From: Antedon mediterranea
Taxonomy: Eukaryota; Animalia; Echinodermata
DNA length: 64,000 nt
Assembly: GCF_964355755.1 (NCBI RefSeq)
Contig: NC_092672.1
Coordinates: 17,559,237 to 17,623,236, forward strand
Direction: 5' to 3'
A program made the translations under genes and the position numbers. The notes beneath the pieces were generated by a model. It saw only the letters and a program-made list of their open reading frames with translations. It searched no databases and was not told the DNA's origin. Positions 54,245 through 64,000 of this stretch are shown one piece after another. Position 1 is the first letter of the stretch. Each line of letters starts with the position of its first letter.

Positions 54245-55041
54245 TTAGTCGCGTAGACGCGACTCTATAGTTCACTATGTCGGTCGGTCTGTCGGTCTGT
54301 CGGTCGGTCTGTCTGTCGGTCTGTCTGTCGGTCTGTCTGTCTGTCGTTCCGGTATCACTATGCATGTTATCGCTTTCTGACCTTATCTTGATATCAGTTT
54401 AATCTAGCTAAGTCAATTTTTCACAGTATATTCCTTATGGCCAGGAATCGATGTGGTTATGTTTTCATGGTGCGCAATAAAAAATTACGCGGTCTACGCA
54501 CGATTTAACGAAATCACGCTTGTAATCATATCTTCACAACCATGAATCACAATTAAATAAAATTTGGTACTCATAAATTTCAGGGCATAAATCATATGGC
54601 AATACAATTACATGCGTAGCGCATGTAACGCATGCGTACGCGCGCTTAAAATTTTCAAAATTTTTTTTCGATGAAATAAGAGTACGTTTCAGCCAATTTT
54701 AAGCGTTTACAAAATTGCCATGAGTGCGCAGATTTTTGCGCGCGCACTGCGCGTTAAATGTTATTGCTCACTCTTTTTGCCCGATTTCTGTTTTCTTAAC
54801 TTACTTTTCAACTAGAAATTACGTTATACGAGCACGTCAAAAGTGACAGGCTACGCACGTGTAAATTAAAAAAATATAAATGTTTTTAAACATTTCAACA
54901 TTTTTAAACATGTTCAGTAATTTCGATCAGTATAGTTCACTATGTCGGTCGGTCTGTCGGTCGGTCTGTCGGTCGGTCTGTCAGTCCGGTATCACTATGC
55001 ATTGTATTGTAGCACGCGACTTAATGGCTGTTGGCCTTGTT
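54245..55041 (+). mobile_element. HINE/DINE-1-like element with (GTCK)n microsatellite
   Basis: 5' palindrome agtcgcgtagacgcgact; GTCG/GTCT repeats; 3' acgcgact...ggctgttggcc-ttgtt; inserted in a T-run. Confidence 0.8.
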
Positions 55042-55234
55042 TGGTATACTGTTCAGACCTGCTAGTGTTAAAAGGTAGGACAGAATTTTCCAAAAGCCGA
55101 CGAGCAGTCTTAAAGTAACAAATAAACTAAAATTGCATTTTCTCGAGAACTACTTGTCCAAAAAACTTCATTTTTGTACAAGAGGCAAGAGTTATAATTT
55201 GTGATTTGTAAATTTAAAACATAATTTGATTTAA

Positions 55235-55855
55235 AGACCCCTTCCCTGCAATTTTGGACGTTTTTTGGAAAATAATACATATATATCACTTTAAAAACAT
55301 TAAACCATGTCATTCCTTGTCTTAAATGTACGTTTTATGGTAAATTATGATAAAAAGTGAGAAACAATGCACTACCTAAGTAGCTCGCGGCGGTCGACCT
55401 CTCGTGGACGGTCTTAGGCCTAGCCTAGCTAGGCTTAGTTTTGTAGGCCTAGCTGGTAAACATCGGTAACGTACGAACATCATACGCTAGCTATATACCT
55501 AGCCTGACGTTGTATAGTTGCTGCATTAATTGTCTTTCTATTTTTGCCAGACTCCGGTGATACAAATTGGGGAAAAGCCGGTATTTTCGCTGAAAAGTTA
55601 GGAGTCTTCCATTTGTTTTGGCCTCACGATCAATCGAAAAATGGGCGAATTACAAAAACAAAAATATCAATCCGCGCGCAATGCATTTTGGGATTTATAG
55701 CGGGCCGCTATAATTATTAGAATCGACTTATTTTTCACATTTTTAACCCTTTAAAAACGAAAAAAGTTATCGCAATAGGACCATATAGTATTATTTTTAC
55801 ATTAAATATAGTTTGTGATCTTAAATTAGATCTAAAAAACGTAGGGAAGGGGGCT
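55235..55855. mobile_element. TTAA-specific non-autonomous element (Kolobok-like)
   Basis: TTAA-agaccccttccct ... agggaagggggct-TTAA. Confidence 0.78.
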
Positions 55856-56273
55856 TTAATGTGCACGTTTTTTGATGCGAGTAGTTTGAAAAACCTATTT
55901 CTTTTCAAATTCACTTGTTTGATTTTCGCGTTGCTGTTCTATTGTTAGTCAACTGAAGCTTAATTGAAAGGCTTGTTACATAACCATCTTATGTACAGTA
56001 GGAGAATTTTACAGTAGGCGGAGCTATGCACTCTCGGAGTGTCTTTCTAGTTCAGAATGCAATGGTATATCGTTTAAAAAAAAGACATACAGTAGATGTC
56101 ATATACTGTACATTACTTGTACTGTAACCGATTGTATTGGTCTAACACCCTCTATATGTATAGTGTTGTGGAGAATGAATAAAGCCGCCGATGCGGAGAA
56201 GATGGAGAACGACTAAACTTCGACCCACGTGTGTTTTCTTGTTGTGCTTTTATGTTTGGATATTCTACCTTAA

Positions 56274-57553
56274 AATGGACCTGAAATGGACTTTAGATTT
56301 TCAAGAAATTCACACATGTTATTAAAATGTATCAAATTAACACAGGCCTAAACAAATAAAAACAAAATGTATAGTATTTTGAGAAAAAACGAAATTTTAA
56401 GATACCTTGGTAAATTAGCGAAAATTACTCACGCCATTGCAATATTCTATTTCAACGGCCGTCGGGAGCCTCTATATTCACGACATTAGGTGTACAGCCC
56501 CATTAGAGAATGTGTTTAATTTTACCCAACTTAGGGTAAATGTCACTTAACCTCCTACTGTGACATGTGTTTATATATTTGATAGGCAGGTCATTAAACT
56601 ATTTGATCATTGCCGAATTCTGCTAGTTTTTGCCTGACCATTGACCTTGCATACTGAAGAATGTACCTTGTCCTAATCAATCAATTTCAAGAGAGCTAAT
56701 AAAATCACAGGGGTATAATAGGATTCAGGTAATTAATCACCTGCTTAGTTGATTTATCTGATAAGGATTTTGACCAAAAAGTTCTAATGGGGATGTACAC
56801 CTAATGGACGTCACATATACACACGACGTTATCGAGAGCGTGTATGCCGCCCGAATGTCAGTGAATGATCGACGGCCTGGAAAGATACGCGAAGCGTTGA
56901 CACTAGTACTAATTTATTAAATATCTAATGTTGTTGAAATATAGGTCCCTAAAATGTACTTTGTTCTAAAACCCAAATTTAGAAGGCCTAGGCCTACCTC
57001 CCAAACTTTTACTAGGCCCCCAGCGCACGGAGTCGATCCATCACCCATAACATGCGAGGCTCCGTTTCATGTGCATCCAAGGACCAAAGCGATATCAACA
57101 ACTTGCTGCTCATTGTCAAGCCAAAGTAAAATGAATAAAATTCGTTTTAGAACTGCCTGATTCGTGACAAATAAATTATCATATTACTACGGTAATTTAA
57201 TTCTGCTAAACTAAAAACTAAAGAAACTAACACATTTTAGCAGTATATACAAAATACATGAATGGAAAATATGGATACGCATCATTGCACACGACGCTGT
57301 ATCCCGGACAACGTTGCCAGGCTAACTTCGGTATTGCCAGAAAAAAAACGTCGATTTGAAGATTTTAAATCGTCATTTACTCGATTAATAACCGTTTATA
57401 CGGTAATAATTTTATCTAAAAAAATTCTGAATAGGCCTACGTTTTTATAATCCATAGATTTCAAGAGTTATAGCCAAAAAACTGCAAATTGTCCATTGGA
57501 GGGATAGGAATATATTCGCAAAGTAACGTCACCTAATCCGTTTCAGGTCCATT
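56274..57553. mobile_element. TTAA-specific TIR element (Kolobok-like) inside the 5' LTR
   Basis: TTAA-aatggacctgaaa ... tttcaggtccatt-TTAA. Confidence 0.85.
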
Positions 57554-57809
57554 TTAAATGGTTATACACAACAAATTGGCGACGTAGTGGGATTATCATA
57601 TATCATACTTTTGGGATGGCTCAATTAGGAACACTACACGAATATGTAGAAGCAGAAAACCGGTCTAATTATGTTGAGAGGCCAGAACAGTATTTTGTTG
57701 TGAACAATATCGACAACGACAAGAAGAAACGAGCAGTGTTGCTGACGTATGTGGAAAAAAATGTACCGTTTGATGAAAGATTTACTGGCACCAGCGAAGG
57801 TAACTGAAG

Positions 57810-58600
57810 TTCATAAAAGTGGCTAATAAACATGCACCCCTAAGAAAAAGAAGAGTCAGGCATAAACAAAGCCCTTGGTTAACAAAGGATTTGATAAAAA
57901 GTAAGCAAGAAAGAGACGCATTAAAACGGAAAGCCATAAAGAAGAACAATGCACCCTTATGGGATGAATATCGAGCAAAAAGAATTAATTAAGTTAATTA
58001 AAAATTAAACAATGCAAACAGGATTACTTCTCAGATCAACTTAATACTAAAAACCCGAAAAAGATCTTGGAAAACATAAAAGTAAAAATACTGATATAAC
58101 AAATCTGAAAAGTGAGAGTGGTACACAGTCTAATTCTAGTGATATAGCTAATGCTTTAAATGAGTATTTTTCAAATGTGGATCCAAACCTTGCTAAAAAA
58201 ATTCCAATGTATTAATAATGATGATTTTCTTATTTTGTTTTGAAAATCCAGAAAAATTTTACTTTGAAAATATTGACTGTGAATATGTATACAAACTATT
58301 AACTTCTATCTCAATAAAAAAAGGTGACTGGAAATGATATGCTTCCAGCCTACAGCACCTTATAAATGTAGCAAAAGATTCTATTCTGTATCCACTCATC
58401 TACTTAATAAATTTATCTTGGAGTCTGAACATCAAAAAATTATGAAACATAGGGGAAACTATAGATCGATAATTATTGGAATGTATGATCAATAGAAATT
58501 TTTTGCCCGTACCTGGCCTTTAAGAGTGGCTTGAATCCATTAAAAAAGAGAAAGTATATAGGCATTGCAATGATTGATTTAAAAAAAGCATGACAAATCA
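57810..58600 (+). mobile_element. CR1/L2 LINE fragment inside the Gypsy element
   Basis: KHAPLRKRRVRHKQSPWLT; DIANALNEYFSNV. Confidence 0.75.
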
Positions 58601-58880
58601 GGCAAAGAACATTCATTCTAAACCGCCCGGTGATATACTGAAATTTAATTAATTAATTTGAAACGATAAAGATGAGGAAATCTGGGAGAATGAGAAAAAG
58701 TCGCCCCAACCGAGACTCGAACTCGGACCGCCTGCTTGATATGCAGGATGTCCTAACCATTAGACATGGTATTGTTCGAACTCGATTGGATAGCGACTCT
58801 TTAACATTCTCGGCGTGGTACGGCAGAACAGCACTAGTCCTCAGTTGTACGCACGCGCACCAGAGATCAAATTGATACGC
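58600..58880 (-). mobile_element. Repeat with tRNA-like head (related copy at about 43320-43560)
   Basis: Reverse strand reads gtctaatggttaggac...ccgagttcgagtctcgg (A and B boxes); the flank ttctaaaccgcc..ggtgatatactga is shared with 43327. Confidence 0.6.
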
Positions 58881-61800
58881 CCTCATCTTACAGTATTTTT
58901 ATTCCCGAGGCGGGATCATCTTTTTCGTTTCAAATTATATATATATATAACAGTACAGAGTGGGTATGGTCAGAGACAGGAAAATGCCTTTCGTATATCT
59001 ACAGAACTACTGACGTCATCTAAATGTTTTAGTACATTATGATAGAAATAAACCTCTAATGTTGACATGTGATGTGTCACCCTATGGAGTAGGGGTCATA
59101 CTTTCCCATATCATTGATAATGTTGAACAACCAGTTGCTTTTGCCTCACGAAGGTTGTCGGAAACAGAATCTAAATATTCACAGTTGGATAAAGAAGAAG
59201 TTGCAATTGTATAATTGTAATTGTATTGGTGTAAAAAAGTTTCATAAAAACTGTATGTGTATGGTTGTAAATTTATTATTGTGACAGACCATAAGCCGTT
59301 GTTAGGGATTTTTGGTGAAGGGAAGTATTCCACAAATGGCTTTCCCCAGAATGCAAAAGTGGGCATTAATGTTATCAGATATGATTACAATTTAAAGTAT
59401 AAACCAGTGGAAGATAACCAAAATGCTGATGCATTGAGTAGAGCTGTAGGTGAAATACCTACATGGGGACATATTATGTTGCTAGAGAAAATTAACAATT
59501 CACCAATCAAGAGTAAAGATGTTGTAATATGGACTCGTCGTAGAGATCCTACATTAAGTAAAGTATATATAAGTATGTTCAAATGGAATGGAAAGATAAT
59601 GTGGGAAATGACTGATTTGTTACCATATTATAAGAGAAAGAATGAACTAAGTACGGAGAATGGTATTGTTCTTTGGGGTGCATGTATTGTTTATGCCAAG
59701 TGCAGGAAGGGAAAAAACAATTACATGAAGGACATCCAGGGATTGCGAGAATGAAATCAGTTGCACGCACATATGTTTGGTGGCCCAATATGGATAGTCA
59801 AATTGAAGAGACTATAAAAGCTTGTTCGCAATGCCAGTGTCATAAAAAATTGCCCGCAGCTGCACCGCTAAATCCGTGGTCATGGCCAGAAAAAGCATGG
59901 TCCAGGATTCACATTGACTGTGCCAGTTCATTCATGAACAAAGTGATTTTAGTGGATGCAAATTCTAAGTAGATAGAAGCGGTAGCAATGGACACGAGCA
60001 CTTCTCAAGCATCGATAGCAAAGTTAAGAAATATGTTTGCAACTTTTGGAATCCCTGAACTGTTAGTTTCAGATAATAGATCTAATTTTACAAGTGAAGA
60101 ATTTCTCAAGCGTAACGGTATAAAACATGTTCAAACTACGCCTTATCACCCAGCGTCAAATGGACAAGCGGAACGTGCTGTAGAGACTGTAAATGAAGGA
60201 CTTAGAAGAATGGCGACTGAAAACATGGAGACAAACATTTTTAATTAACTACCGAAAAAAACATAAAACTACAGGAGAAACACAAGCCAAGCTCATGTTC
60301 GGAAGACCTATTAAAACTCATTTGTTAATGCTAAATATTGGAGTCTAAGTGAGAAAGGGGCAGGCAGAAACAGCGACATGATTCAAAAGCGAAAGAGCGA
60401 GTATTTAGTGTGTCAGAGAAAATTTTTGTACGAGACATCGTGAAAGGTGTATGGTTACCGGGTGTAATAACAATCTATTCTGGTTTTATATCATTTAAAG
60501 TTAAATGATGGCCGAGTTTTAAAGCTCAGGTACAGGCATGAATTTTAAATATAAAATCTGGTTAATTGTACATAAATCAAATATTTGTAACAGAAATCAA
60601 GACGAAAAAACATGAATTTTCCTTAATATGGTTAAATACAAAATTTGGCAAAATTCTGCCATAAAAACCAGGAAGACTTTTTTTCAGTAGTTAGGTAGTT
60701 TAACCTAATGTAATAACATGTCTGGTGACTCCCTAGAAGGTGAAAAAAGATAGTGGATATGCGGTGGATAATTTTTGCTATAGCATATGAAAATAAAAAT
60801 CTGAAGTTTATTAAAAATACAAGAAATGTAAAATTCAAGTTATTACCTATATTTTTTACCACACCGTTTATTTTTCATAGCTTTTTAAAATGCCTCAAAA
60901 TTTGTGTACAAAAGAATAGAGATTTTACTGTATAATTTGAACTATCCCCCCACTGATAAGAAAGTGCTTATTTTCAACAAGCTCCTGTAACACAAATAAA
61001 ATCCCAACAATTATGAAACATAGGGGAAATTATAGATCGGTAATTATTTGAATGTATGATCAATAGAAATTTAAAAGACACGTACAGTAGACCACATTCG
61101 CAAACAAACAGCAGATGAACCAAAGGAAACGAGCGAAACAACGTCTTATCATATCCTTTTAGTTTGAGCAATACTAACCATGAGACAGCAAAAAACGCAC
61201 CTCCGATCGTAAGGCGCTCACATCGAGCAAGACACCCTCCAGACAGATACCAATAGATGCATTCAGTGAGATCAGTTGTGTTTAAACATTGTTAATAGTT
61301 TATTAGTAAAGTATAGTAGTTAGTGTTTACTTTTGTTTAAAGGAAAAGGAAAGAGGCAATTGTTAAATGAAAAGAGAAAGTAATTATGTTTAGGATACAC
61401 TACATTGTTATGATTTATCTAAGATTGGAGGGATGTCATACTGATTACTTGTACTGTAACCTGCCCTCTATATGTATAGTGTTGTGGAGAATGAATAAAG
61501 CCCCGGTTGCGGGGAAGATGGAGAATGACTAAACCTCGGCCTATGTGTGTTTTCTTGATGAGCTTTTATGTTCGGATATTCTACCTTAAAGTTGTATTGT
61601 CCCCCAAAACATGAAAAATAAAGATGAAAAAATCAAATTTTGAATAGACCATTTTGTAGTTATAATAAAGTTATTCACTTTCGCCGAAAAAGAAATCCTA
61701 AAAAAATATTGATTTCGCTTATAAAAAATCAAAATAAGTTTACCATATTTTCGAACTCATAAGCTCAGAAATATTTGATGGTTAGCTACAACTCATAAAT

Positions 61801-61896
61801 ATGCATGATATGTTAATGAGCATCCAAACAGGGGAGATCCGATCTGTTATCTTCACCACATAAACAAGCATGTGCGACCATGGAACTATAATACAG

Positions 61897-62194
61897 CTTT
61901 ACCATTTTGAAACACCGGTTCTCGTCAGATCACCGAAGTTAAGCGACGTTGGGCCTGGTTAGAGCTTGGATGGGAGACCATCTGGGAATAACGGGTGCTG
62001 TATAGGGAGCTGGGGTTAGGCATTTGAAATCAGCACTGCTGACTTTTATGGCAGCCCCTGCATCTAGTATCATTGTTAGGACCAATCAAGGTGCTTTAAA
62101 CAGTTCTGGCTTTGTTTGTACGTATCAAACCTGTTAGTGGCGATAATTATCGCTGTTGGTTTCGATTAAATAAAATAAAATAAAATAAAATAAA
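61897..62194 (+). mobile_element. 5S rRNA-derived SINE (SINE3-like) with (TAAAA)n tail
   Basis: 5S head to about 62003, about 165-bp body, (taaaa)5 tail, and ATAATACA on both sides. Confidence 0.85.
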
Positions 62195-64000
62195 AATAAT
62201 ACATATATATGATATATTATAGTTCCATGGTGCGACAAACAGAAGAAAGTGCTGGGGTTTCCCTGATCATGATGTAAAAAGCTCTGCCGTTAATTTGCTG
62301 GTAAGTATAATTTTATTTCAGATGAATGCCACATCCTCCTATAAAAGTTACAGTATTACGTTTTTTGGCGTATAGGCTTGGCTATCTAGACTAGGGCTAT
62401 AATATAAGCCTACTAATACTATCACTAGGGCCTAGTTAGAAGTTTACTACGGTGTAGTGTAGCAGCTGTAGGCAGGCAGATAATCGGGTCAGAAAAGTAG
62501 ACGGGAACCCACTTTGAGGCCTAGCTAGGTCCTATATATCGTAGCTAGGCTATCACTCCACAACTAGCTACAGGAAATAGGCCTACTATGTTGCTATACC
62601 ATTGATATACATTTGGAGCTAGAATTAATTTTAAAGTGTAAAAAAAGACTAACAATGATGACAAAAAACAAACATTTGGAAAATGATCAGGATACAGTAC
62701 CCAAAGAAGTTGACGGTAGAATAGATTGTTGTTGATATCAACCAAAACGAAAACTAAAAAAATTAGTAATTAGACTAGGCCTTTTTGAGGGAGGAGATGC
62801 ACTTTTCAGGAATTCCTATACTGTACATTAGTACCCCAAATTGAAAACTTCAGATTCATGTACAGAAATAATAATTATATGTATGCAATAAATTGTGAAA
62901 TATTAACTTTTCTATTTGACTTTTGTATTTATACATCATTGTTTTTAAATTTATAGACTTAAGCTAATGAAGACTGGTTAGACCCCATACTGCATAAAGG
63001 CAACTGGCAATACTCGGTAGTGGAACACAAGATAAATGTTGGATGACTATCATAAAGCATTCGGCAAATGTGTTGTTTTCCAGCTTTTAAAATTTTGTAT
63101 AGTTTTCCTATAAAAGCAATAACATTTGTATAAATTATTTTGCAAACATAGCAACAGCATTAAATAAATAAAAAATACTACTACAGTACATGAGACAAAA
63201 TCTCCATAATTTTAATGTGTGAAGATTTACAGTACAGTACAGTAAAAAATGAGTTAATTACTAGTACTAGATGGTACGCTCGCTTCGCTTGCGTACCATC
63301 TAGGTCGTGCCCACAAATGGTTCTCGAATACACAGTACTTTCAGGGTAAAAAATCTGGCGATTTCAAAAGCACGTACCGCAGGACTATAATACATTGTCG
63401 TTTACAGAAACGAATAAGTAGACACAATGATTTATGTAGTCAACCAAAATTAGCACCCTGGGAATTACTTCCGAAAGAGAAACTTACCACAAAATGAGTC
63501 CAAATTGTTTATTCATTTAAAGAAACCCAATTAGGGTTGAGGGATGGGAAAGAGGATAGGTACTACAAAGAGGAACAATTTTTAAATATATTCTTTATCC
63601 ACGTCAGTAACGAAATATTGTTTTCATTTTTTATAGGCCTATAAATAATATACCACTAACGGTGACTAAATATAGTCAAACATTTGCGATTTAATACTTT
63701 GTTAAAACTGTCACTGTCATAGTCGATTGAAATAGTAAAGTACATGTAACGATACACCACTACGACGTTTATATTTTTTGTAATTATTAATTAATGCAAA
63801 CATTGAGAAGCAACTGTCAGTAATAAAGTTTATTTGTATATTACGTGTTTATATATATCTAACAGTAGAGCCTACCCATAATCACAGTAATAAAGTTTAT
63901 TTGTATATATTTTTTTACATCTAACAGTATTCACAGTAAGAAATGTTTGAATATTTTTTCACGCTGCTGCTCTAGCCCGCTACGTCCCATTAGGACTACT

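Larger units (their letters stand above)
50146..56051 (+). mobile_element. HINE/DINE-1-like element expanded by nested insertions
   Basis: 5' ttacCTCCGCCaaggagg followed by (gttt)n; 3' GGCGGAG, hairpin gcactc-tcg-gagtgt and CTAGTT. Confidence 0.75.
56097..61589 (+). mobile_element. Decayed Ty3/Gypsy LTR retrotransposon
   Basis: LTRs at 56097-57573 (interrupted) and 61434-61589; PBS-like aattggcgacg at 57574; gag YVERPEQYF..KKRAVLL; RNase H CDVSPYGVG..VAFASRRL..VTDHKPL; integrase HEGHPG..CSQC and LVSDN..PYHPASNGQAER; purine tract before the 3' LTR. Confidence 0.93.

Noticed and set aside
53555-54365. Repetitive ORFs (KGRPKYTKRET; TDRQ repeats)
   Set aside because: Translations of tandem repeats and microsatellites.
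50065-64000. TRIM37 RING and B-box exons
   Set aside because: No matching peptide seen; they probably lie beyond the window.

Overview
AT-rich, repeat-dense eukaryotic DNA, most likely from an invertebrate animal. The only clear host gene is the 3' two-thirds of a TRIM37 orthologue on the minus strand. Twelve consecutive exons from 50064 down to 14837 splice in frame with GT-AG boundaries and encode the coiled coil, the MATH domain and the acidic EENDIDEETMSG.NDVE segment. Three further candidate tail exons lie at about 10.2 kb, 4.9 kb and 0.6 kb. The RING and B-box exons were not seen and probably lie beyond position 64000. The introns (one is 20.4 kb) contain decayed, often nested mobile elements: RTE and CR1/L2 LINEs, two 5S-derived SINEs, a pogo-like element with a hAT inserted in it, a Ty3/Gypsy LTR element, TTAA-specific elements, Harbinger-like and Ginger-like elements, many Helentron/HINE-like elements, and three tandem arrays. 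No novel multi-gene system is supported; the most unusual signals concern TE architecture and the TRIM37 tail. Family assignments come from recalled motifs, not database searches.
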